Notes under the pieces: model-generated
What the model was told of the DNA's origin: nothing
What the model saw: the letters and a program-made list of their open reading frames with translations, nothing else
Databases searched by the model: none
Shown: positions 11,086 through 20,113 of the stretch, piece by piece
Numbering within the stretch: the stretch's first letter is position 1
Layout: the number at the start of each line of letters is the position of its first letter
Made by a program: the position numbers and the translations under genes
Assembly: GCA_000320545.1 (NCBI GenBank)
Contig: ADNK01001571.1
Span: 1-34,227 of the forward strand
DNA from: Bigelowiella natans CCMP2755
Taxonomy: Eukaryota > Protista > Cercozoa
DNA length: 34,227 nucleotides
Reading direction: 5' to 3'

Positions 11086-12972
11086 ATGTCACAGCAGCTA
11101 GAAGAACAGCAGGACTTTGGCTCGCAGGCCGTGCAAGGGCACGAGCAGAAACAGGAAAGGAAGGGCGATACGGACGCTAAGGAAGGAGGAGGAACACCTC
11201 CACAGGCACCGCCGGGACCAGCACCCGGGATTAAGAAAGCAGATGCAGCAGCAGAGGCACTGGAGAACTTCTACGAGGCGGACGACGAGGACGTGGCCGC
11301 CGAAAGCAAGAAGGTCGTAATGGCATTACGAGCCTTGCGACCCAGGGCGAGCAACTACGCCAAACTGAAAGTATCGATAGAATACAAGTATCAGACACAT
11401 GATGTTTGGGCAGCTATCATGCAGGACATCATGGATTACGAAGCAGACTTACCTCCAGAGTGGGCAGCTTTGTTTAGGAACGACGGGGGTCTGGGCGCCT
11501 CGCGGGGGACGACCCAGAGCACCGTCAAGCAGCAGCAGCCGGTACAGCGGAACACCCAGTTCATGTCTGTTAAAACAGCACCGGTTATGATAACGAAATA
11601 CAACGGGAAAAGAGGTGAGGCAAGGAGGTGGTGGAAGAACGCTAGGAGTATACTCTGCGACTTTACCCCTAACCCCACCGAAAACGACAAGCTCAAATGG
11701 CTAGCTATAATAAAGCAAGCCATGGACCTTTACGAGACAGGCAGGACCCGGATCAGGCAGCTAGAGAAAATACACACTACAGTTAGTGGGCTACGAGACG
11801 TTGAGGCGATAATGAAGGCTTTTGTAAATGAACAGGATGCTAACTCCCTACCCCAGGCTATTAGAAAATACAGAGCAATGATGCAGCATGAGAGAGAACC
11901 TGTTAGAGACTTTGCCACGCGCTTCCAGGATATGATCGACGAACTACATGATTTTAATTACAACACAGGTGATGATCAGGCAAGGTTTGAAGAGTTCAAG
12001 TTAAAGATAAAGGAATCCACTTACGTTACGGAGAAAGGCTACACCACGATGGAGGCAGCAGTGCAGGCTATATCCCTACGCGAGCAGGAGCAGGACCGCA
12101 AGTTTACCAGCCCTAAGGTACCTGGCATAGGAAACATTAACGCTATTAAGCCGCAGCGAGACTGGTACAAGGACAGGGAAGGTAACCGACGTTGCGGATA
12201 CTGCTCACGTAAAGGGAAACACACCGCTAAAGACTGCAGAGACAGGAAAGAAGGACGACCCAGGATGACGATCAGGCAGCTCAACGAACACTACGAGAAG
12301 TTAAAGAGAAAGAAAGGCAGAGGACAAGGATATAACAACAGCAAATGGCAAGGCAGCAACAACGGGAAGAACAATAAATATAAGAACAAAAAGCAGAACA
12401 GTATCAATGCTATACAGCAGCAGATAAACGGAATATTAGATCACCTTAAGCAGGCGCCGACGAAGACAGCAGTACCAGCAACGCAGGACCAAGACAAGCC
12501 CATGACCCTAGACGACATAAAGAACTTAGGAGTATGCAACATTAATGACGAAGACGCTAACAGGACTATCAAAGTTGCTATGACCAAGGTTAAAGTTAAA
12601 GACAGCTACGGAGACTACAAGAAACTACCTGCCCTTTGGGATAGTGGCAGCATGCCGAAGTCCTTCATAAGCCTAAGCACAGTAAGAAGGTTAGGACTAT
12701 TGGATCAAGTGACTAAGAAAGAACGTAAATATGCTCAAGCAGACGGAAGCTCTTCCATGAAGACCGTCGGTGAGCTAATGCTAAAGCTACAGATACCTGG
12801 CAGCGACGCGGAGACCCAAATCAAGACCCGAGTAGCCATGACTTTATCCATGGAACTACTCCTCGGACAGGATGCCCTAGAAAAATTAGGGGGGATCATA
12901 TCATTCTACAATCACAAGATATACTTTGCTAAGTTGCCAAAGAAGTCAGCAGGACCATCAGCCAGAACATGA
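11086..12972 (+). CDS. gag: Gag-protease polyprotein (capsid-like region, zinc knuckle, retropepsin)
   Basis: 628 aa. Contains YNGK...RWW and MQHEREPVRDFATRF (retrotransposon gag motifs), the knuckle CGYCSRKGKHTAKDC, and protease ALWDSGS...LLLGQDAL. Confidence 0.93.
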   Translation: MSQQLEEQQDFGSQAVQGHEQKQERKGDTDAKEGGGTPPQAPPGPAPGIKKADAAAEALENFYEADDEDVAAESKKVVMALRALRPRASNYAKLKVSIEYKYQTHDVWAAIMQDIMDYEADLPPEWAALFRNDGGLGASRGTTQSTVKQQQPVQRNTQFMSVKTAPVMITKYNGKRGEARRWWKNARSILCDFTPNPTENDKLKWLAIIKQAMDLYETGRTRIRQLEKIHTTVSGLRDVEAIMKAFVNEQDANSLPQAIRKYRAMMQHEREPVRDFATRFQDMIDELHDFNYNTGDDQARFEEFKLKIKESTYVTEKGYTTMEAAVQAISLREQEQDRKFTSPKVPGIGNINAIKPQRDWYKDREGNRRCGYCSRKGKHTAKDCRDRKEGRPRMTIRQLNEHYEKLKRKKGRGQGYNNSKWQGSNNGKNNKYKNKKQNSINAIQQQINGILDHLKQAPTKTAVPATQDQDKPMTLDDIKNLGVCNINDEDANRTIKVAMTKVKVKDSYGDYKKLPALWDSGSMPKSFISLSTVRRLGLLDQVTKKERKYAQADGSSSMKTVGELMLKLQIPGSDAETQIKTRVAMTLSMELLLGQDALEKLGGIISFYNHKIYFAKLPKKSAGPSART

Positions 12973-15900
12973 TACGGCTTGACGAGTGGACCTCTGAGTC
13001 AAGCGTTAATGCGTTAGAGTTTATGGACCTAGCGGACAACAAGCTACCTACACCTACCGAGCTACGGAAGAAGAACCCCGGCAAGACCATCCGACAGATA
13101 ACGGAGCTACTGGACAAGACCCCCCCAGCTGATGATTGGGATATCGACAAAGGCAAAAAGTACATTAATAAAATATTAAACGAGAAGTACTCTGACATCA
13201 CCAAGCCGACGACGAAGCCCTCCAGCAAGCTTACCCCAGTAAAGATCGAGCTAAAGAAGGGATACGAAGAGTGCATCATCAATGACCCAGAACATAGGCG
13301 ACCGGAAGCGGACTGGGAAAAGATAGAGTGGCAGATCAATGAATGGGCAAAGGAAGGGAAGATAGAGCCAAGCAACTCACCATGGAACGTGAGACATGTG
13401 CTAGCTAAGAAACCTACTTACCCTTTCTTCCGCCTGGCGCACAACTTCATCCGCCACAACCGAGTAATAAAGAGGATCCAGACACCTACACCAAGGATAG
13501 ATGACGTTATTGAACACGTCATAGGATACAAATACTACTCTTCCCTAGATAAAAATGAATCATACATGCAGACACCCATCCACAAAACCTCCCGCCCCAT
13601 TACCGCGTTCTCCAGCAGGCACAGGAAGTGGCACTTCGTCGTATTCCCTTACGGCCTAAGCATATCAGGGGATGCGTTCAGTAGTCAGAACTACAGGGCA
13701 TACACACATGATGGGATGGCGTCTGTGTTGTGGGTGTTTGTGTTTGTGTATGTGGATGATGACATAATATGTACCAACACAGTCGTCGCTCAGATCTTCC
13801 TCCTGGAAAATATATTTATTAGGTTTGCACACTTCGGTTTTACTATTAGACTGCAGAAGTGTACATTCCTAGCTACAAGAATCAAGTGGTGTGGATATTA
13901 CCTGGAGCAAGGCCGCATCACCCCAAACCCCGAGAAAGTAGCAGCACTACAGCAAGCCCCTAAACCTAAGAATGCAAAGGAGTTAAAGTCATTCTTGCAG
14001 ACTGCAGCTTGGATACTACGTAGGTTCTCCCCTACCTACGCTAGGACTGCAGCTGCTTTTACTACTGCTTACCGGAAGGAGAACTCTGTAGGCCTCAGCT
14101 TCGCTAAGGTGTGGGCCAAGGCTGGCCTTGATGCCCACTTCGATAACCTAATAAAGTTATGCAGCAACACCCTATTGAATGCTAAGCTAGACACTACTAG
14201 ACCAGCTACCCTATGGACAGACTGGTCTAAGCTAGGTATGGCTGCTGTACTTACCCAAGACCAGCAGATCATACGGGTGTGGGGCAGGGCCTGCACAGCA
14301 GCTGAGGCCAAGTACAGCCCTACAAAAGGAGAGTATAAAGCCATGACTGAGGCGCAGAGGAAACTAAGATACTACCTGCTGTCGGTGCCCAGCTTCACCT
14401 TAATGACTGACCACAAGCCCCTCCTAGGCATCGACCGCAAGCTCGAAGCGCCTAACGATGAGTATGCAGCTATGAGGGCGGACACGGAAGAGTTTAGGGA
14501 CAAGAGGACAGTGGTCTACGCACCAGGAGACAAGCAGCTTGCTGACTATTTCAGCAGGCTGTTCGAAAAGAAAGTCCCTACCCAGGTCACCCCTATGGTT
14601 AACGCGATTACCTTCGAGGACGGCGACTTCCTGCCTGAGCCAGAGGAGCTCCAGCACCTTCAAGAACACCTGGATAAATACAAACACAAGCATGAGGTAC
14701 TTAGTGATAGGATATATGTATACACTAATAATGTTAGGCGTACCTACGTGCCACGGCGGACCAGGGGAGCCCTTCTCTTTACCGCCCATGGACCTGCACA
14801 CGTAGGAGAAAACCATATCACTGCTCTACTCTACCATTACTACTGGCCCTACAAGCTAAAAGAGATAAGGACATACCTGCGTGGCTGCAGGTGCTCCAGC
14901 TTGAAGGCGGCAGGCGTCGCCACCAAGGAGTCCAGCAAGAGCCGTGCATCTAAGAAAATCAAAGCAAGGAACTTCTTAGATATCGTGCAAATTGATGTTT
15001 ATAAGTACGATGGCTATCACTACCTTACCTTCGTTGATGTGGCCACTGGAAAGTGCTGGGTTAAAAAGATTATCAAGGTCAACGTTGCTAAGAAGAACAA
15101 AGGCTTATATAAGCAGAGGCTTACTAACTGCTACCGTACCTGGGAGTCTGAGCTCCAGGCTATCCCTGATGAAGTTAGCATAAACAAGATACCAAAGAAG
15201 TTACATGTGGATAATGAGACCTCTCTTCTACAGCTACCACACCCTAATATTGATGCCTCACCTGTATACTATGCCCAGTCCAACTCCAAGGTAGAGCGAC
15301 TCCACCGCACCTTGGCCAACCTAAGCAGGATAAATAGCACCACACCAGACAAGATACAAGGGTTAGTAAACGACACCTTCACGTCTGGGGGAGGTATCAA
15401 GGATAAGGAGAGGGAAGAAGGCGACGACAACGACGACGATACCGAGAGCGAAGACGAGAAGGTCCCGTACGATGGCCGAGTTCTAAAGGAAGGACAGTAT
15501 GTTAGGGCCAAGGTAAATCTGAGATCGAGAAATAAACAAGACCCCTTCTGGGGTGGCGTTGCAAAGGTTACCGAGAGGAAGGGGAGGAAGCAGTACTACA
15601 TCTATGATGGGAACAGGGTCACCTTGCGCCACATCAGTCACCTAAAGAATTATGATATCGGTGAGAAGCTCCTAGAGGATGTTAAAGTAAACCCTACTGT
15701 GTGGGAGCGAGCAATGCCTTGTTTAGGACCCCGACCTAAGTTCGATGTGGAATATGGAAACAATAAGGTCAGGGTGAACGACGATTGGCGCATGAAGATT
15801 GTCTATCTAGGCTACCCTGGATTACGAAATATGGAGAGGGTAGCTATGAAAATAAAGGACGGAAAATATCAGCTACTCTACCTAGCTGTTCCCGACTTAC

Positions 15901-16058
15901 CCTTTGAGCACTGGTATAAGGTCCTGGGGGACCTTGATGCAGAGGGCTGGTATGGACACGAACCTAAGGACGAAGGTGAGTTCTGGGTAAGCGACAAAGG
16001 AGATAAGGTTAGAGAGGAATCTATTACCTGGTGGTTGGTGAAGTTCCGAAAGCGATGA
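12969..16058 (+). CDS. pol: Pol polyprotein: RT, RNase H, integrase, GPY/F-like module and C-terminal Dam-like extension
   Basis: 1029 aa. Motifs: IEPSNSPW, SLDKNESYMQ, PYGL, YVDD (RT); TDWSKLGMAAVLTQ, YSPTKGE, TDHKPL (RNase H); H-x3-H...CRC, QIDV, HVDNE, SNSKVERLH (IN); DPFWGG. Confidence 0.95.
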   Translation: MIRLDEWTSESSVNALEFMDLADNKLPTPTELRKKNPGKTIRQITELLDKTPPADDWDIDKGKKYINKILNEKYSDITKPTTKPSSKLTPVKIELKKGYEECIINDPEHRRPEADWEKIEWQINEWAKEGKIEPSNSPWNVRHVLAKKPTYPFFRLAHNFIRHNRVIKRIQTPTPRIDDVIEHVIGYKYYSSLDKNESYMQTPIHKTSRPITAFSSRHRKWHFVVFPYGLSISGDAFSSQNYRAYTHDGMASVLWVFVFVYVDDDIICTNTVVAQIFLLENIFIRFAHFGFTIRLQKCTFLATRIKWCGYYLEQGRITPNPEKVAALQQAPKPKNAKELKSFLQTAAWILRRFSPTYARTAAAFTTAYRKENSVGLSFAKVWAKAGLDAHFDNLIKLCSNTLLNAKLDTTRPATLWTDWSKLGMAAVLTQDQQIIRVWGRACTAAEAKYSPTKGEYKAMTEAQRKLRYYLLSVPSFTLMTDHKPLLGIDRKLEAPNDEYAAMRADTEEFRDKRTVVYAPGDKQLADYFSRLFEKKVPTQVTPMVNAITFEDGDFLPEPEELQHLQEHLDKYKHKHEVLSDRIYVYTNNVRRTYVPRRTRGALLFTAHGPAHVGENHITALLYHYYWPYKLKEIRTYLRGCRCSSLKAAGVATKESSKSRASKKIKARNFLDIVQIDVYKYDGYHYLTFVDVATGKCWVKKIIKVNVAKKNKGLYKQRLTNCYRTWESELQAIPDEVSINKIPKKLHVDNETSLLQLPHPNIDASPVYYAQSNSKVERLHRTLANLSRINSTTPDKIQGLVNDTFTSGGGIKDKEREEGDDNDDDTESEDEKVPYDGRVLKEGQYVRAKVNLRSRNKQDPFWGGVAKVTERKGRKQYYIYDGNRVTLRHISHLKNYDIGEKLLEDVKVNPTVWERAMPCLGPRPKFDVEYGNNKVRVNDDWRMKIVYLGYPGLRNMERVAMKIKDGKYQLLYLAVPDLPFEHWYKVLGDLDAEGWYGHEPKDEGEFWVSDKGDKVREESITWWLVKFRKR

Positions 16059-16100
16059 AGGTCTAAGGGAATAAGGAAGGAAGGAAGGAGCAACGTGACT

Positions 16101-16109
16101 TGGGGGAGG
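16101..16109 (+). promoter_or_regulatory. Polypurine tract
   Basis: tgggggagg immediately 5' of the 3' LTR, preceded by the purine run aagggaataaggaaggaaggaaggag. Confidence 0.85.
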
Positions 16110-16435
16110 TGTAGCGCGTACCACTACGCGGGCACAAGTCACGTGCGACAACAAAGGGGTTGTCGCGGATATAGAATATAGATAACGTAGATATTAATAC
16201 AGCATAGGCACGTGGGTTCCGGCGGGACTCATGGCAGCACACCGGAAGTGTGCTGCCCCACGTGCGGCGGCATTCGCGAAAGCTTCGCGAATGATTACGC
16301 AGTGCACGATTTAATAAAAATATAATCTTTAATAAAAATAAACACAACTCTTCAAAAGGAAGCAAACGTGCCTTTCCCCCCCCCTGCCTACTTGTGCACG
16401 TAGCGCCTCGGCCTGTGAACACCTTACGCGCAACA
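16110..16435 (+). repeat. 3' LTR (326 bp)
   Basis: Direct copy of 10721-11046, followed by the TSD gtga. Confidence 0.97.
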
Positions 16436-16439
16436 GTGA

Positions 16440-16900
16440 GTCAAGGATGTGAAGCTCTTGCAAAGTGACCAACAGCACAGCACGATGAGTTCGTGTTGCA
16501 CGCACTCACAAGCAAGGAGACAAAAGACGTCACTCGTGCTTGTCAGCAGCCATGAGCCAGTGAATGTGTGAGTGGACGAAGCAATTTCAATTCTTGAATC
16601 GAACCTTCCACTTCGTGAGAATTCCGGTGTGCAGATTTGCAGAACTTCGCATTGTTGGAACAAGGGAAATCCCATGAGTTTGCGACTGCATGAGCAGTGT
16701 GCAGCACAAATGATAAACACTGTTGGCTTTGGGTTGAAAAAGCCTCAGAAGGAAATCATGTTATTGTCGCATTCACAAAATAGCATGCATTCATCCATCA
16801 CACACAATAACTTATTTACGACGACAGGCCTGATTACGATCGATGATGATGAACACTAAGTGTGTGCGCACTACCGACACAACTCTTGACTGCACAGCGA
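16440..16900. other. TpA-depleted eroded block C, right part
   Basis: No TA seen from 16440 to about 16710. TA returns gradually by about 16900. Confidence 0.75.
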
Positions 16901-17102
16901 TCTAACCCAAGTTGGCTACCACAACGCAAAGCAACTCACAAAATAGGAGGCAGGTGATAATGAGACACCTATTCATCTGCATAATGAAGTCAAACATATT
17001 TTTCATAGGAGTCTAATTCTGTAGATCAAACGAAAGTAGCATGCGGAGCGGCGTCAGTAAACAATAACCCATGTTTGTAACATTGTCAGCACAAACGTCA
17101 AG

Positions 17103-19562
17103 ATGGATCTTTCTCCAAGAAGTGGGATGGAGATAGATTCGCTTTCTGCCGCTGTGAATTCCAATCGTTCTAACAACTCCCGTCTAAGCTCCACCGCATC
17201 TTTTAGAACTGATCGTCCCCATCATCAAGTACCATTGTTTCGATTCTCAGAGGATGGAAGTTCCCATAATCGCGGCGGGCTGGGGTCTGATATCTTATTG
17301 AGCCCTCACACCCCGGCTTCTTCCAACTCTCATGATGCCTGGCCTTCTTTTAAAGACCCCGATAAGTTGCATAGGTTTTCATCTCTGACAGGATCAAGTG
17401 GAAGAAATAGTCATGTCATAGACTCCCAAAAACTTTTTGGGTCGATGAGACGTGGAGAGAGCAAGTTTGGAAATAATTCATCAAACTCAGGAACTCCTAC
17501 CACTACCTCGATAAATAAGAATAAAGTAACACTAAATTCCATACCTAGATATAGTCCTCGAGCTACCACTGCTTCTCCTACGCAAAAAGTCCAGATTAGA
17601 GACTCAAATGGCCCGAACAGTATCGCTGTTAGTGAGGGCTCACAAACTGGTGGTGGGAGATTTCACCTACGTAACAATGGAAATTTACAACAACAATCGA
17701 CTAGTAATGGCTTTTTAGAGGCCTCAGTGGCAGCAACAGGTTCTAATTCAGTGATGACCACCGAGGATCCGACCTATCCCCCTTCATCTCCTCCTCCTTC
17801 ATCTCCTCCTCCTTCATCTCCTCCTCCTTCATCTCCTCCTCCTTTGTCTCCTCCTCCTTCATCCCCTGCTCCTCATCCAAGGTCCCAGGGCTGTTTTTCT
17901 AGTATTTCAAGAGCGTTGAAAGGATTAGTTCCTAAACCGCGACTAAGAGTAGCAGTAAGGTTGAACTACCGACCCGTTATTCGAAACCCACATCCCCCTA
18001 CAAGAAGTGCCCTCCCTCCTCCCACCCCTCGTGCCTCCCACCACAGAGATACTCACTGGGCCACCACAAATATAGGCACAGAATCTGGAAACAAGACAGA
18101 AACCTTGATGTTGAGCAATAATAAGCCAGAAATAGAGGACAATATACCAGATAAATTTAAAGATCCTTCTGAAATTCACAGGTTGCTGGTACGCAACAAA
18201 AGCAAGAGGCATCCTTATTCTAGAGATACTACCTGCGATATTGCTATTGGTGCTGAAGAAATAAAGCATGGAACGAGCTCCAACAGGGATAGTGTAAAAA
18301 CAGTAAATACTGAAACCCTAAGACAATCGAATCCACAACAAATGAACAGTGGAGGGCTACGGGCCTTTGCAGGCGCAACAAACAACTGCACCTATAAACA
18401 TGAGGAAAACAGGTTATTGAGGAAAAGCCATCTCCCTGAGGAAAAGAACACTCTGGTCTCAAAGAAACAATATAGCTATCAAAACTTTGATCAGGTCAAG
18501 TCTCCCCGAATCGAAGATAGACGTGTTGGAAACTCATCTTTCCACGGTGCGCAATTCCAACCAGGTGTTCATGGTGGGAATGATGGTGGCGGACAAACTA
18601 AACATCGTATAGTTCAAGACAATGGAATGGCTCAGAGAGAAATGCGTGCCAACAGGAATTTTCGTGATGTTTCAGTGCCAGTCTTCCAGGATATGCAACA
18701 GCAATTTTATTCTAAATCCACGAACGGAAATCCAAATATAGTGAACTCAGACTTACGCCTTCCACATGAGAGAGCTTCTGAATTCCGACCCTCATCAAGA
18801 ATTACCTCACAGAATTCTTTCTCTAAAAATCCTCGGCGACATTCCATTTCTCATCCAATGATGTTGGCCGGAGGAGTCGAGGCTAAATTTGATGCACGTT
18901 CTAAAAGACAAGGTCAAATATCGACCCCTTTTCCAACTTTTCAGTCCCAGCCTATGCAGAGAAGCGTAAGTAATTTGAAGCAGTCAGACTGGAGAGCACC
19001 ACAAAATCATTTTATGGCCCAAGCACCAGTAATCATTAAACAGCCACGGCAGCAATTCGTAATACGGCGGATGTCTAGAGCTCATTCCATGGAAAATCCA
19101 AAAAACAGTGCTTACCTAATGCAAGCGGGCAAAATTTCTCATATGGGGGGTAATTTTAGCCAGACACAGCGTCGGGGGGTAGTTGGGGGGATTTTGTGTG
19201 CAGTTGAAACAAAGATGATGATACCTAGCGACATCACTTACAAAGGAAAAAAGTACATTGGTCCAACCCTTGGCAATCGTCCCACGTACAAATCGAAACA
19301 AACTTGGCGATATTCAATCTATCCACATGGTGTTTCTGAACAGAATGGTAAATTAAGGGTTCAAATAAAACGTAAGGGACTAAATCCAACATACCCTCCT
19401 TATCCAAACACGATAGAAGGACTTTTAGAAGCGGCATATTTTCGAGATCAAGAGACGTTTAAACTTTGGAGGGCTGGAATCCTGGTCAGAAAACCAAAGT
19501 TTAACTTTGAACACAATAGCGGTGGAGGCAAATCTTCCTTCAGCCCAATTGCTTGCAAATAA
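17103..19562 (+). CDS. Intronless 819-aa low-complexity protein with C-terminal AP2-like DNA-binding domain (putative transcription factor)
   Basis: S/N/P-rich disordered body. The C-terminal YPHGVSEQNGKLRVQIKRKG...NTIEGLLEAAYFRD...KPKFNF matches the AP2/ERF pattern (Y.GV...GKw.aqI...T.eeAA.ayD...lNF). Confidence 0.7.
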   Translation: MDLSPRSGMEIDSLSAAVNSNRSNNSRLSSTASFRTDRPHHQVPLFRFSEDGSSHNRGGLGSDILLSPHTPASSNSHDAWPSFKDPDKLHRFSSLTGSSGRNSHVIDSQKLFGSMRRGESKFGNNSSNSGTPTTTSINKNKVTLNSIPRYSPRATTASPTQKVQIRDSNGPNSIAVSEGSQTGGGRFHLRNNGNLQQQSTSNGFLEASVAATGSNSVMTTEDPTYPPSSPPPSSPPPSSPPPSSPPPLSPPPSSPAPHPRSQGCFSSISRALKGLVPKPRLRVAVRLNYRPVIRNPHPPTRSALPPPTPRASHHRDTHWATTNIGTESGNKTETLMLSNNKPEIEDNIPDKFKDPSEIHRLLVRNKSKRHPYSRDTTCDIAIGAEEIKHGTSSNRDSVKTVNTETLRQSNPQQMNSGGLRAFAGATNNCTYKHEENRLLRKSHLPEEKNTLVSKKQYSYQNFDQVKSPRIEDRRVGNSSFHGAQFQPGVHGGNDGGGQTKHRIVQDNGMAQREMRANRNFRDVSVPVFQDMQQQFYSKSTNGNPNIVNSDLRLPHERASEFRPSSRITSQNSFSKNPRRHSISHPMMLAGGVEAKFDARSKRQGQISTPFPTFQSQPMQRSVSNLKQSDWRAPQNHFMAQAPVIIKQPRQQFVIRRMSRAHSMENPKNSAYLMQAGKISHMGGNFSQTQRRGVVGGILCAVETKMMIPSDITYKGKKYIGPTLGNRPTYKSKQTWRYSIYPHGVSEQNGKLRVQIKRKGLNPTYPPYPNTIEGLLEAAYFRDQETFKLWRAGILVRKPKFNFEHNSGGGKSSFSPIACK
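17780..17878 (+). repeat. 15-bp coding tandem repeat (tcatctcctcctcct, encoding SSPPP, about 5-6 copies)
   Basis: Seen directly; translates as PPSSPPPSSPPPSSPPPSSPPPLSPPPSSP. Confidence 0.9.
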
Positions 19563-20010
19563 TTTGTACTTATGCACATTATGTCAAAAAGTTATAGTAC
19601 AAAACTCGCTCACAGATCCAACGTAAAGTCAAGATGATCGGCGTGCGAGGCAATTTCATTTGCAATGCGATGCACGATGCAGCATGGGACGACCGAGTGC
19701 CGTCGCAATATGTCATCATCGTTACATTCAGACATTGCTTGATTGTGCACCTCATCGATGCGCGAACGCACTCAACTGGTCAGTCGCATTCATTCATCTA
19801 GTTGTGTCGTCTTGGCCGTTCTAGTGTTGGTAGCGAGATCGACATGCACATCATTTGTCCTAGCTAGGCTGGTGATGTCGCTCGCGCGCGCTTTTTCCAG
19901 AGTTAGACCTGCTAGCCTGGCTAGCTGGAGGCGTCCATGCTAGCTAGCTAGCTAGGCTAGCTAGCATGCTAGCATGTGTCGGCGCACGTTGATGATGCGC
20001 GACGCTCCAG

Positions 20011-20113
20011 CTAGCCAGCGCTGTGGAACAAACCACAACAAACATCTAGGCTGGACGTGCTAGCCAGCGCTGTGGAACAAACCACAACAAACATCTAGGC
20101 TGGACGTGCTAGC
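20011..20113 (+). repeat. Perfect 49-bp tandem duplication
   Basis: ctagccagcgctgtggaacaaaccacaacaaacatctaggctggacgtg occurs twice. Confidence 0.9.

Larger units (their letters stand above)
10721..16435 (+). mobile_element. Full-length intact Ty3/Gypsy (Metaviridae) LTR retrotransposon
   Basis: Two 326-bp TG...CA LTRs, 4-bp TSD GTGA (10717-10720 and 16436-16439), PBS, PPT, and domain order Gag-PR / RT-RNaseH-IN. Confidence 0.97.

Noticed and set aside
13700-13760. TG-rich patch around YVDD as incipient erosion of the element
   Set aside because: Explained by the Val/Phe/Trp-rich peptide; TA is still present (tatgtg, tacac).
15480-16058. Chromodomain or env gene at the end of pol
   Set aside because: No aromatic-cage chromodomain pattern, no TM segment and no third ORF before the PPT.
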